Assembly (NCBI GenBank): GCA_003971905.1
Contig: RSEE01000046.1
Coordinates: 1-64,000 of the forward strand
DNA: 64,000 nucleotides
Direction of reading: 5' to 3'
Source: Moniliella sp. 'wahieum'
Taxonomy: Eukaryota
Shown: positions 23,989 through 36,962 of the stretch, one piece after another
Layout of the letters: each line of letters begins with the position of its first letter
Numbering within the stretch: position 1 is the stretch's first letter
Translations under genes and position numbers: made by a program
Notes under the pieces: generated by a model
Told to the model about the DNA's origin: nothing
The model's database searches: none
The model's input: the letters and a program-made list of their open reading frames with translations, nothing else

Positions 23989-24799
23989 GCGGGGGTACCG
24001 GCCAAGGAGAACCTGCGATTCCGATTCAGGAACAGATGCTACTTGCTTTGCCACGTTCCGGGCACTCAAGTCCATTTTTGCTTGCCCTGGTTTAAAGATG
24101 GTGCACGTTGTGTCGCTTGGCCTGCCATCCAGCCGGCCGTTTCCTCGTTTCGCCTACTATCGACCCTGGGTCGATCAAAAATGATCGTCTGATCCCATTC
24201 TTCTGTTGCTGCTGGGCTAGTTGGTTGTTCTTTGGGTGGGGGCGCATCGCCGCCCTGCGTTGCTGGGTGTTCGGAAACCGTCTGCCGGGGTCTGTTTGGC
24301 TCTGCACATGACGGGGACACGACGGGAATAGAGTGTGGGGTAGCCTCGTAATCGCGTACCGTGTGTATGTTGGAGCGCATATGGGCGTGTAAGCGACGTC
24401 TGTACGAGACAAGTGAGAGGAGGCGCAATGATTAATGAGGCCTAGGACCTCATTTTTGGTACGCTTTGCGGAAGGCGGCTTGCACAACAAGGATACGCCT
24501 GGTCTGCCGATGCGATGGTGGGATTGGCGTGTGCTAGGAATTGGGGCTCCCCGGTTACATCGTACGGGGGCAGGTGAGGGCGGCGAAAGGGACTGCCAGG
24601 GAATGTGTGAGCATGAAGCACGAAGCGTGAAGTTTGAAGCTAGCTTGGACGTTGCTGGAAGACCAGCAGTGGTAGTTCTGAGAAGTGGCTAGCGATACCA
24701 GCGGTGCGAGTGATGTCCTTATTGTGATGAGGCGTCTTGCCTCGGCTTCCACCTTTTGTTGTATAATTGTGCAGCTGCTCTATCACCCTCTTGTGCACA

Positions 24800-25420
24800 A
24801 TTCACACCATTGGCCTTTCCCCCTGGCATGAGCGCAACGGACCGGGCCAAAGTGCACCAACTCTCTGAGCGCTTGAGCCTGCACCATCTCACCATACAGG
24901 ATCCCGAGCCATACGTGATTATTTCGCACAACCCGCTGCGTGACCCAACTCAGCCCCCACGCCGAGGCACAGCAACACCCCATCCTCCCCGCATGAGCCA
25001 CGTCGCGGGATGACGAGTCCCCTAACGGGGATTCCGAACCATGCATCGTATCGATTGCGCCCTCAAGTTTCTCTTGGCCTACTCCCAACCAACATGCATG
25101 CGACTTACGGGGACACTTCTTCCGGTCTTTTGACGCCTGGGGGGTACTCGTCGTCCGGCACCCGCTTTCTGCGCACCAAGAAGTCAGCCCCAGCCATGAC
25201 TTATGTCGGGCGTGATTATTCCTACGACGACCCGATGCGCCCTCCGTTTTCCTAAGCTTCCCTCGGTGTTTGAGTCCCCCGCCAATCCCGGCTTCGACGA
25301 TTCACAAGGTGCTGATAGTCTGACACACCTAAGTGCCGGGATGGGCAACCTGTCTGTTGCGGATTCGGCCGAAATGATGCACGCGGCCGGCGGGCAAGGG
25401 TTGGGATACGATTCACAGTC
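24800..25420 (+). pseudogene. R3H-domain gene fragment (Pin4/Cip2-like C-terminal part, tentative)
   Basis: LAFPPGMSATDRAKVHQLSERLSLHH fits the R3H consensus (RxxxH). Downstream LRTKKSAP. No upstream RRM, and the ORFs are broken. Confidence 0.45.
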
Positions 25421-27089
25421 CGACTTAATTCATCCTGTTCTTCTGTCTGGTCTAGCCCATCCACCAACATCGAGCCGGTGCGATTGGAGAGCTCTCCTCG
25501 TCCCACGGCCAGCGTAGGTGTGCTGCGTGACGTATACCTCCACCAAGAAGAGATGGACCATGGGATTAGTATTTTTGGTTTATCTTCTCGAGATAAGTTA
25601 TCTGCTCGTCCAAGTGGTAGCGCCTTGAGCACCGGCCCATCTAGTCCGGCCCTATCATTGCCCGATCCGCTTGATACGGCGTCGCCTTGGTTCACGTTCC
25701 CTTCGCCCGCAGGAGATGCTCCGTCGCAACCCCCCCTTAACCTACCCACAAGATGCTCCTATGTTCTGCTCGACATCCCAGGGGAACACCTTTCCTTCGT
25801 CCACAGCTTCCATTGGACCGGGCGTCGGACAGAGCCAGATTCAGGTGCGACCGACGACACGTCGCCTCGTTCCCGTTTTGTGCCCAGGCGGTGGACCCAC
25901 GACAGAGACGAATATGGCACTGAATAAACATAGGCTTGGTCAGCCGACCCAGTCGCGGGCGGGGCCAACTTGACGCGCTCATGAGATTTTTTTACGTTTT
26001 TTGGGGTACCCTTCTTGGGTCCCACCTACCCTGCTTCTCTCCTACGCCACACTAGTGACTTGGCTGGTATGCCCATCCCGACGACCTTTTTGTACGAACC
26101 CATTTGTTGCTGAGGTTGGGTCTGGGGCTTTTGGCCCGCCTGACCCGACACGGTGCTTTGCTGCATATCTCTTTCTTTCTTCCCATGTCTTCCACTTGTC
26201 TCCCCCACCTTACCATTTCGCTTGAAGCTCTTTCGCTGTTATGATTGGTTGCTGTCGTGTCTGCAGTAGGGTGAACTATCCCTTGCTCTACTGCCCTTAC
26301 TGGCCTTTGGTGCCCCTGCTCATGCCCATGTACTAAACGCTCATCAAGTTCCCTCACATTGGTTCCCCATGGGCATTGGACAGAGATCTTTTTGGATCTA
26401 CCTATCCCGCTTTATGTGCATCTGACTCCCTTCGTTTGCTTTTTTACTCTTTTCCCCACCCTGCCTCCCTCCCCATCCTCCATTCCATCCGAATGGCCTC
26501 TGCCTTCCTTTCCCGCCACCGTGATTGGGGCAGCAGTGTAGCTTTTTGGCCCCTCATGCTGTGTCTCCTCATGCGCTATGCCTCTCATCCAATTCGGGAA
26601 GGTCGAGGCGCAAGGTACATTGGTACATGATATTGGTACATTTTGGTATACATTTGGTACAGTAGTATGTTGGTGCATTGGTGCTGATGCCGCTTAAACT
26701 TCCTTTATGAATCCATTGCTTGTTCTTTCTTGGTGTGTTCGCGCTGCTCCCCACACTAGGTACCATAATAGCCCCCCTCTTTCACCAGGTTCCCAAACGT
26801 TTCCCGTTTCCTTTCGACAGAAGGAACCCCGTGTCCGGTCCAAATGAGCGGCCAAACAACAGGCAGGTGCTGAGGTAATAGAGGTCGTTGTGCGCTAAAC
26901 GCCTATTATATGGTGTTGGACCAGACCCCATCCGAAACAAATGCAGGTTCACAACGGGGAAGGGGGGGGACGAAGAATCACAAGTAGATTGAGGCGCCAC
27001 ATTCATCTCTGGTACCCTTGCCCTCTTCGGGCGCTAGAAATGGCGTGCGTGTGTACTGTATCAGGTTACTGCCGTTGTTGGTTCACAAG

Positions 27090-27161
27090 GGGCGGATAGC
27101 TCAGGGGTAGAGCGCTTGCTTAGCATGCATGAGGTCCGGGGTTCAATTCCCTGTTCGTCCA
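27090..27161 (+). tRNA. tRNA-Ala (AGC)
   Basis: Acceptor stem GGGCGGA/TTCGTCC with G3:U70 Ala identity pair, anticodon loop TTAGCAT, T-arm GGTTCAATTCC, discriminator A. Confidence 0.96.
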
Positions 27162-27164
27162 TTC

Positions 27165-27176
27165 TTTTTTCTTTTT
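27165..27176 (+). terminator. Pol III oligo-T terminator
   Basis: TTTTTTCTTTTT directly after the tRNA. Confidence 0.8.
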
Positions 27177-27306
27177 GAGCAGACCCAGCTCAACGAGGGT
27201 GGATGGGCGGTACCATGTGGAAGGCCCGGGCCCCACGTGATCTAACCACTCCCACTCGCTGGCCACCACTGGGCTGCGGAAAGTGGGCGAAGGGTGGGCG
27301 CACGTG

Positions 27307-27322
27307 CCGGTGACGTCACCGG
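27307..27322. promoter_or_regulatory. Perfect 16-bp palindrome containing a CRE/ATF site
   Basis: CCGGTGACGTCACCGG, about 140 bp upstream of the BI-1 ATG, with CACGTG boxes at 27234 and 27301. Confidence 0.4.
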
Positions 27323-27462
27323 GCAGCGGCGCGTGTTTGGGTGGCGACCAGGCCTGCAAAGCAGACCGGCAGAGCCCCGCGCATCGGTTGGGCCGCTGCG
27401 GCTGCGGAGCGTCTCTCGCTGCCACCACCACGCCCGCCCCACCGCCTTGCTCTGCGTCCCAC

Positions 27463-28362
27463 ATGCCGTACTCCCAAGCACCTCCTTCCTACGACCAGGC
27501 GCGTGCTGCCCCTCCCGCTGCCAAGAAGCCCTCGCACGGTGCGGGCGAGGGCAGCGGCACGTACGAGTCGCTTGCCGATGCATCCACCAGCGTCCGCAAC
27601 GGGCCGTGGGACGAAGAGGCCGGCGAGCCTCTGTTCAGCGGGGTGGCCTCTGACGCCGACCCTGCGATCCGGTCGATGTTTGTCCGCAAAGTGTATGCTG
27701 CCCTCTTTGCCCAGCTGCTGTTCACCACCATCTCAAGCTCCATCTTCATTTACTCGGGTACCACCCAGTACTTCCAGCTGCACCCTTGGACCATGCTTGT
27801 TCCCGCCCTTGGCACCTTTGTTGCTATGGCGGGTGTGTTCTGGAAGCGCCACTCGCACCCCGTACGTTGTTTCCCCATGCTGACATGCATGCCCTGCCCG
27901 TGTTCTGACCAGCTGTTGTTGTCCCAGGCCAACATTGGTTTCCTCGCCCTCTTCACTGTCTTTGAGGCTGCCATGATCGGCATGCTCGTGTCATTCTACA
28001 GTTCTACGGTGGTGCTCAAGGCGGTTATCCTCACTACCTTTATCTTTGCTGGGCTCACCATCTTCACCCTCAAGTCGGGCTGGGACTTTAGCCAGCTGGG
28101 CCCTTGGCTGTGGGGCTTCCTCTGGCTGCTGATTGGCGTGTCGTTTGTACAAATTTTCCTCCCCTATAGTCAGACGGCCGACTTGGTCTTTGCCGTGATC
28201 GGTGCCCTGGTCTTTGCCGGGTACATCATGTTCGACACGTACACCCTTGTAAACCGTCTTTCCCCCGACGAGTGGGTCGTGGCCACGGTCTCCCTCTACC
28301 TCGACATTATCAACCTCTTCATCAACATCCTCCGTATCGTCGGCGGCTCGGACGATAACTAG
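27463..28362 (+). CDS. BXI1: Bax inhibitor-1 / GAAP (TMBIM) family membrane protein
   Basis: IRSMFVRKVYAALFAQL, ANIGFLALFTVFEA, LVFAGYIMFDT, SPDEWVVATVSLYLDIINLFINILRI. Intron 27862-27927. Confidence 0.93.
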   Translation: MPYSQAPPSYDQARAAPPAAKKPSHGAGEGSGTYESLADASTSVRNGPWDEEAGEPLFSGVASDADPAIRSMFVRKVYAALFAQLLFTTISSSIFIYSGTTQYFQLHPWTMLVPALGTFVAMAGVFWKRHSHPVRCFPMLTCMPCPCSDQLLLSQANIGFLALFTVFEAAMIGMLVSFYSSTVVLKAVILTTFIFAGLTIFTLKSGWDFSQLGPWLWGFLWLLIGVSFVQIFLPYSQTADLVFAVIGALVFAGYIMFDTYTLVNRLSPDEWVVATVSLYLDIINLFINILRIVGGSDDN

Positions 28363-28959
28363 AACGACCATTGGTCCGCCCGCCCCTTGTTCATGCGCTA
28401 CCGATCCCGCTCGAGCGCTTCATTTCTGTGTATATTCTTCATTCGTCGCAGTTGAGTGTGTATGGTTGGTTGTTCCGGGATCCCTGACCAAGTAGGAGAA
28501 GCGTGTTGTGTGTGCGTGGACGCCAAGGAGGCTGGTGCGTGTGGGCACACACGTAACTTGCGCGCCTGTTGCTACGAATCATTTCTTGTACGCGTGCAAA
28601 AAGCCATCCATGGTCGGATGCTTTCCCCGGGGGGTCTCCAGTGGGACCAGCGTGTAGCAGATACAGCAGGTGCGGATCGAGAACCGATTGGCCAGCTGCC
28701 AGCGCAATGAAGCTATTGGAGGCGATAGGCGCTGGCCGCAGTGACTAGTGGCTAGCGAAGCCAGTGAGCCTCAGCAGGCAGGCTGAACGTTCAAGTTGAA
28801 CGCTGACTAGGACGGCTGACGCTGACCAGTGATGTGCGCCAGCTGACATAAGCGCCTGGGCCGCACAGACGGGGAATTTTTCGAGGAGCTTAGCAATCCC
28901 ATCCGACACCACCTCGTCTGCGCTGTCCCCGTCTCTTGTGCCCTCGCCTCGCGTCCGGG

Positions 28960-31900
28960 ATGGTGCGCAACAAGAAGGAGATTGCGCAGTGGGCCAGCAG
29001 CACCTCCGCTGCCGATGGCCACGACCCTTACGACGAGGATGACGACATGAACCCGCACCGCGCCGCCGACCCCACCGCGGCTCCCTCGCCCGCCGCCCGC
29101 TTCCCCGCCTCCCGCTCCGACGACTGGCCCACCGAGCTCGACGCCCTCGCCGCGCTCGTTCGCAGCCCCAAGACTGCGCTCCGTGCGCGTGCGCTCCAGC
29201 AGCTCGTCCCGCTCGACTCTGCCCGCGTCGAGAGCAGCAAGCAGCGCGCCCAACTTGTGCTCCTTCTCGCCGATGCCGGCTTGCGGTACGACGACCAGCA
29301 CTCGCTCAAGCTGGCTTTGACGGCTGCCTCGCCCCTTCTCGACACGCTCTTCCGTGCAGCCCAGAACGAGGATGCAGTGGCAGCCCAAGCGCTCAAGGCC
29401 CTGCTGCACCATCTTGGTCACCCCAAGGGTTCCGCCCCGCGCGCTCGTTCAGCCCTGATCCCGTGGCTCTCCGTTGTTCTCCAAACGTTGGTGGGCGCGG
29501 GACCTGCGCGTGTGCCTGGCTTTTCAAGCCCGATCCCTGCTCCTGATGGCGCCAAACCCCGCACCCACGAGGCAAAGGAGACGGTTATGCTCCTTGCCCG
29601 TGCATTGGATGCCCTGTTGGGCGACCATGCTGCCAAGCCTCGCATCAAGGCGGGCGTCTTGACTTGGATTCGCCGTGCCTTCCGCGCTGTATGTATCGTA
29701 TCTCGCTTCGGTTTCCCCTTTCGCCCTTTCGTTGGTAACTAACTTGGTTTTCCCCAGTCCCATGAGCATTTTGATCTCATCCTTGACACGCTGCTTCAAC
29801 AGACGGGGGCTGCTGCGGTTACGGCTCTTCCGCTTTTGGGCGTGCTGATTGATGTAGCTCTTCGCTTGCGCGTCGGGTCGGAGAAAGCTAAAGGACTGCC
29901 TGACGGCAAGGGCCACACCTTTGTTGTCTCTTCCAAAGACCGCATCCTGAGCTTTTTCACAAGCCACGTTGTCAGCAGCAAGACCGTTGTCCCGCCCCAA
30001 GCGCTTTCTGCTTTGCATGATTTCTTTGCTGAGGCCGTCAAGCCCTCTGACTTGGTCGTCCCCGGAGGGTTCAAGCCCACGTTGGATAAGATGATGCTGC
30101 GTTCGCCTGAGATTGCGAGCCCTGTGGCTGGCGCTGTGTATGCTGCTCTGACAGTTTCGTCCGCGGAGGACGCCAAAACGTTGGGCACTCAACTGGATGG
30201 CCTCCGAGGTCCCTTGACTTCGGCGCTTCGTTCTACGACGGCGGCGACGCGGGAGCGCGCCGTTGCATTTGCCGTGGTGCTGTGGGGAAGGTCGACGCAC
30301 CTTCGGTGGCGGGCTATGTCAAGGACGTTGCCTCTCAGCTCAAGGCCAACAAGTTTACTTCTCCCGAGGCTCGTGCAGCTGCGCTGGAAACCTTGGCGCG
30401 GGCCCCTTCCGATGCGGCGACCAGTCCTGCTGCCGCCCAAGCGGCCACGCTCCTGCTCGAAAAAGAGACGAACGACAGCGTTTGCCGTATGGCGTGGGCC
30501 ACACTTTCTTCGCATCTGCCTCTCCTACTGCACGGAGACACTCTGGCTGCCGAGGCGTCAGCTGCAGCCAAGTCTATGGCCAAGCACCTGCAAAGTGCCA
30601 AACCCCCGTTGCGCCATGCAACATGTGAGTATGTTGGGGAATTGATTTGGGACAAGGCGCCGCTCGTCCCCAGTGGAGCCTGGAAGGCGTTTGTGGAGTT
30701 GCTTGTTCCGGCCTGGAAAGCTAATCTGGCCGCTGCTGGTTTGGGTTTAAAGGCGCCTGCGGGTCCGCTCGAGGGATATGTTGCCGTTGCTCTGCTCAAG
30801 GGCCGTTTGGGTTCTTGGGACACGCCCGGAGTCACGGCTCTGCTGGACAACGAGGTAGTCACCTCCTGGGCCGATGCTGCTAAACCATCGTTCCTTCTGA
30901 ACGAGAAGATTATCCGTAAGGTATCCACCGATGCAGAGCGGAACTGGCAACTTCGTACCCTGCTTGTCCTTGCCCAGACTGTGGAGGCTACGGATGAGAT
31001 TATCGCCATCTTTTCCCTCGCTCTTTCCTTGGCTGTCAAAAGTGAATCGCATCGGTCCCGGGCGTATGCTTCGGACTGGCTGAAGGCTCTGGCCAAGACC
31101 AAAGTGAGCTTGGCTGCCACGGTGTTTAACACGGCCGCTGTGGGAGCCCTCAAGTCCCAAACCGGTTCTCCTCTCTTGCTGGAGGAGGAATCGAGTAAGG
31201 ATGCCTCGGCACACTTCCGTCCTTTGCTTCGCATTTTTACTTCCCTTCCGCAGGTCGACGCGATCCCGCTCGATCAGAGGCAGCAGGTCTTGGAGCAACT
31301 CTTTGTCCTGGCCCATGTCTATTCTAGCGGGATGCGGAACGAGGCGCGCGGCCTGGCTGCAGGCCTTCACATTGACCTCGCCGACCTGATTAACGACCAC
31401 TTTGAATTGCTCTGGTGTGCCGTGCACGCTGCGGAACAAGAGCCTTCGCTCACTAACGCCGCGTTCGCAGCGCTTACCACCATGGTCTCCGTCGCGCCCG
31501 AAACGACATTGGCTGAGATTGTGTCGGAGCTGGAGAAAGAGATGGATGCGTCTCGCTTTGCTTTGATCAGTGCCGTTGATCTGGCGATTTGGGCCACGCC
31601 CGCTGGCGAGATGTACCACGACGTGCTGGCCTCCCAGGGATCAGGTGCACCCGCCAAGGGCGGCAAGGGGGTGGACAAGTGGGAACAGGAGCTCCGCTCT
31701 GAGTTGGCCCGAAAGAAGGCGGCGGCCAAGAAGTTTACTCGCGAGGAGCAGAAGTTGATCGATCAGCAGCTGGCCAAGGAGGCTGATATTCGAAGCCAGG
31801 TCGAAGTGGCTCGAATGTCCCTTGTTCGCGGCTTGCGGATTGTGCAAGCCCTGATGGCGGGAGAGAGCGAGGAGACCGAGTCGTACGTCCTGGGTTTGGC

Positions 31901-34900
31901 CAAACAGGTCCTCGCCTTGGCCCAGACCGAGACGGTTCACACGCTTGCTCCCTTCGTTTGCTTTGACATGCTCGCTGCTCTCAACCAGGCCGCCTCGTCC
32001 CGGTTGGGCTCCACGGCCGCTGTGCTACCCGCTGCACTCCTTCGTACCGTCAGCGACGCGACGGTGCCCGAATCCTTCCAGATCGAGTCGTACAACGAGA
32101 TGGTGCTCCGCATTCTTTACCGTGTGCGTGTGTTGGCTGAGCAGATTCCACTCGACTTGGGCACGGCCTCCCTTCTCACGCCTCTCTTGTCGGCAATCAT
32201 TCTCCGTGGGGGTTGGCTGTTCCTACGACCGACGAGGACGGGGAGCCGCTGAAGGCGGATGAGCGGGAGAATGCAGTGCGAGCAAGTCCAGCTTGCCTTG
32301 GACATTATCTCCTATCATACGGGACAGTGCGAGGACCCTCGCGGCCCCGTGCCGACTTTATCGCTGCCTTGCTGCACGTGGTGGCCAAGCACACTCAGCT
32401 GGCCAAGGACGCTGTCAGTGCGCTCCGGAGCATGGGCGAGGCAATGGCTTCCTCCTCTCTCCCTTCGGAGGTCAAGACTCTGCTGACGCACGCGTTGGCG
32501 GACGAGGTGTACGTGCGGACGGGAGCGCTGCAGGCGCTGCAGTTCCTCGACCTGACCATGCCCGAGGTAGGCTTCCCTTACCCCCTGTGGCTGGGAGCGC
32601 ATGACACGGACGAGGAAAATGCGCGCTTGGCGGAGCAGGCACTGGACGAGAACGATCTTGAGGTGCCAGCTGAGTACGCACCTAGTCTTCTCGCCTTGCT
32701 GGAGCACCCGAACGAATTCCCCCGTACTCGGGGGCCCTTTGCTTTGGCAGGCGCGGCCGAGGTCCACCCCGAGTCCATCCATGACGTGGTGGCAATGCTG
32801 ATGGAGCTCTACCGCCAGCGCGCCAAGGTGCTCGAGGCGGAGTATGACCACTATGGTATGCTGATCCCTGGCACGAGGAGAACCGGGAAGACCCCTGGCG
32901 GATCCGTCAAGCGATTGCCGTCAGCTTGGCTCAACTCGCTCCCCTGCTCGGGTCGGAGGAGTGGTGCCGTTGATTGACTTTATGATCCGAGACCAGGCTT
33001 TGGGAGACCGGAGCGAGGTGGTGCGGGTGGCCATGCTGGATGCCGCGACGGCGGTGATCGATGATCATGGCGCCCAGCAGCTGGATACCCTGATGAAACT
33101 GCTCCAGACGCATTTGGACGCGGTGGCCAACAAGGCTGCCGATGGCGTGACGGAAGCTGTGGTGGTCCTGCTCGGTCGTCTGGCCAGCCACCTGAAGCCA
33201 AGCGACAAGCGGTTGAACGAAACGGTGGACAAACTGTTGGTAGCGCTTCACACGCCGTCGGAAGTTGTGCAAAGCGCTGTGGCCGACTGTTTGCCTGCTC
33301 TCATTCGTGTGGCCCCCCAGCGGGCGGCCAAGCTGGTGGACAAGTTGTTTGATGAGCTTCTGACTGGCTCCACCTATGCTATGCGCCGTGGGGCTGCGTA
33401 TGGGATTGCGGGCGTGGTCAAGGGACGCGGGATCAGTTCCATCCCCGAATTCAAGGTGATGGACCGTCTTTCAGAAGCGGCGAGCAGTAGCAAAAACCAG
33501 TACCGTCAAGGCGCCATGATGGCGTACGAAACGCTCACGGTAAGCTTGAAGGTACTGTTTGAGCCCTACCTGCTCGACATTTTGCCTCAGCTCCTGTCGT
33601 GCTTTGGCGATCACAACAATGATGTTCGGGAGGCCACCCAAGACGCCGCGCGGGCGATCATGCAAAACATTTCGGGCCACTGCGTCAAGCTCATTCTGCC
33701 TGACCTGCTAGTGGGCTGGATGACAAGCAGTGGAGGTCCAAGAAGGGGCGGTGGAGCTGTTGGGAGCGATGGCCTACTGTGCTCCCCGGCAATTGTCCAC
33801 CTCTCTTCCCAAGATCATTCCACCGCTCAGTGGTGTGCTGAGTGACTCGCACACCCAAGTCAAGGCGTCTGCCAATCGCTCGCTCAAGCAGTTTGGCGAC
33901 GTGATACCAACCCGAAATCCGCAAACTCTCCTCCCGTCTGTTGCAAGCGCTGATCAACCCGAACGACAATACGGCCAAGGCGCTCAAGGCGTGCTTAGCA
34001 CGAGCTTTGTTCACTACATTGACTCGGCCTCGTTGGCGCTGCTGATGCCGATTGTCGAGCGGGGTCTGAAGGAACGAGCAGCGAGTATGCAGGGGGATGC
34101 GACGCGCATTGTGGGCAACCTGGCTGGTTTGACCGATTCGCGCGACTTTATTCCGTACACGCGCCAGTTGATGCCGCTGCTGCGCACGTCTTGGTCAGTC
34201 CTGTGCCCGAGACGCGTGCGGTAGCGGCTCGCTCGTTGGGCACGCTGGTCGAGCGCCTGGGTGAGGCCAACTTTATCGATTTGGTGCCGTCGTTGCTGGT
34301 GGTGCTGCGTTCCGACGCCTCGGGCGTGGACCGGCAAGGCGCGGCGCAGGGCTTGGCCGAGATCCTGGCTGGGCTCGGCACAGAACGGATGGAGAACTTG
34401 TTGCCGGAGATTATCCAGAGTGCGGCGAGTGGCCGCGCGTACGTGCGTGCCGGGTACATTTCGCTTCTGATCTACCTGCCCGTTACGTTTGGCTCGCGCT
34501 TTGCGCCCCACCTCGGCAAGATCATCCCGCCCATCCTGGCGGTATTGCCGACAGTACCGAGAGTGTGCGTGATGCTTCGATGCGGGCGGGACGGATGATT
34601 ATTGCCAACTACTCGCAGCGTGCTATGGAACCTCCTTCCCGAACTCGAGCGCGGTATGTTTGCGGAAGAGTGGCGCATTCGTCTCTCCTCGATCCAGTTG
34701 GTGGGTGACCTTCTCTTCCGTCTGTCGGGCATCTCGGGCAAGGCCGAGCTGGCCGATGAACAGACGGATGAGTTTGAGGATGCCGACGCGAACGAAGAGG
34801 CGGCCGCAGCGGCGGGTGGCAACAGTGTCAACAAGGCGCTTGGAGGCCTCGGCGCCGAGCGGCGCGACAAGGTCCTGGCGGCGATTTACCTCATTCGTCA

Positions 34901-36962
34901 GGACCCGTACATGCCGGTGCGCCAGCAAGCCGTGCACACATGGAAGGCGCTCATCATCAACACGCCTCGCACTGCTCGTGAGATTCTGCCCAAGATGATC
35001 GACATGATATTGGCCTCCTCTCGGCTCCCGGGGTGGAGCAACGTGAGATTGCCGGCCGCACCCTCGGCGAACTGGTGCGCAAGCTGGGCGAACGCATCTT
35101 GCGGGACACGATCCCCATTTTGCGCAACCGCGGGGTCACGTCGGACCAGGTACCAGTCCGTGCCGGTGTGTGTGTGGCGGTCAACGATATTCTCACCCAC
35201 GCTACCAAGAGTACGTTTGCCATCTTTTATTTTACGCTTGGGCTTTTGATACTGACCGCCTCTTGCAGACCAACTGGAGGACCACGAGGACACGATCATT
35301 GCCATATCCGTCACGGGCTTGTGGATTCGTCCGAGGTGGTGCGGCACGCGGCCGCGCAGGCGTTCGACACGGCGCAAGAGATTCTGGGTGCGAAAGCGAT
35401 CGACGACACGATCCCCACGTTGCTGGAGGCGATGGCCGACCCGGAAAACCCGGGTCGGGCACGCGCTGGCGGCGCTGCGCGAAGTATGCGCGCGCGGGCA
35501 GAAGTGGTGTTCCCGGTGCTGGTGCCGACGCTGACCCAGCAGCCCATTACGGGCTTCAACGCGCGCGCGTTGACGGCGCTGGTCAGTGTATCGGGCCGTG
35601 CGTTGAACCAGGTGCTGTCCAACATTCTCACCGCCTTGGCGCTGACGCTCGAGCGCCATGCTGCCACCATGCCGGCCGAGGAAAAGGAGAGTGTGCAAGA
35701 AGCGGTACGGGCCAACTTGGCTTCTGTCGCGGACGGAGAAGGCTTGCACCAACTCATGATGCTCCTCCTTGGCTGGGCGGGCAACTTGGCGCCCGAGCGC
35801 CGCGCGACGGGTGTGCCTTCATGGGTACGTTTGCCGGCGTGATGCAGTCGCAGCTGTCGCTGGAGGATTACCGGGTGCTGTGGCTTCGCAAGCTGCTGGC
35901 TCTGTTCGAGGAGGAGGAATCGGTGGTGGCGTCGGCGCGGGAAGCGCTCGAGGCCGTCTCAAGACGGTGCCCAAGGCGGAAATCGAGACGATGTGGTGCC
36001 GGTGCGGCACATTGTCGACAGCTTGGGCGAGTCGGTTCCAGGCTTTTCGCGGCCCAAGGGCATTGCTCCCTTGGTGCCAGTCTTCCTCGCCGGTCTGCTC
36101 AACGGTACGGCCGAGCAGCGGGAACAGGGCGCGTACGGGTTGGCGGATCTGGTGCAACGGACGGAGGCCGCGCACGTCAAGCCCTACATTATCCAGATGG
36201 TCGGACCTTTGATCGTGCCTGTGGCGACCGGCACACGCCCGCGGTCAAACAGGCCATCTTGCAGGCGCTGACAGTGATCTTGGACCGTGTCCCGGCGCTC
36301 TGTCGGCCGTTCTATCCCCAGCTGCAGCGCAGCTTCCAAAAGGCGCTCAACGACCCCAGCTCCTCCACTGTCCGCACCGTGCCGCCCACGGACTGGGCAC
36401 GCTCATGCTGTACCAGCCGCGTGTGGATCCGGTCGTGGGCGAGCTGGTCCAGACGATCGGCCAAGGCCTCGGCACGGCGGCTACGGATCTACAGTTGATC
36501 GCCGAGTCGTCGGCTACGGCGCTCATCTTGGTGCTGGAGAAGGCGCCTGCCAAGAACGTGTCGGCCAAGACGTGGGCGCAGGTGGCGGAGCTGTGCCAGA
36601 GCGCGTTTGGGGACGAGCGGGAGCCGCTGAAGCCGTTGGTGGGCGACCTGGGGGCTGGTGGCCGCGTCGGCGGCGGCGGCAGAAGGAGGGGAGGTGGCGC
36701 AGCGCGTGCAGGCGATCGTGGAGCAGGACGTGATGGCCGACACGGACGCGGCGTTGGCGGCGAATGTGGTGCGCGGGCTGGTGCAGCGGGCGCCCGAGCA
36801 GTTCTACACGCTGTCCAAGCCGCTCCACCGCCAGCTGCTGGTGCTCGTGCTGCAGTGGATGGGGCAGACGGCGGCCGTGGCGCGTCCGCGCGCGAGGCGC
36901 GCGACGCAATGCGCACCGCGGCGGCCTGGAAGAGCGACGCGTTTGTGCAGGACCACCTCTAG
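28960..36962 (+). CDS. GCN1: Translational activator Gcn1 (HEAT repeats)
   Basis: Roughly 2600 codons. [119 protein letters not shown]. Introns 29689-29757 and 35211-35268. Many frameshifts. Confidence 0.96.
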
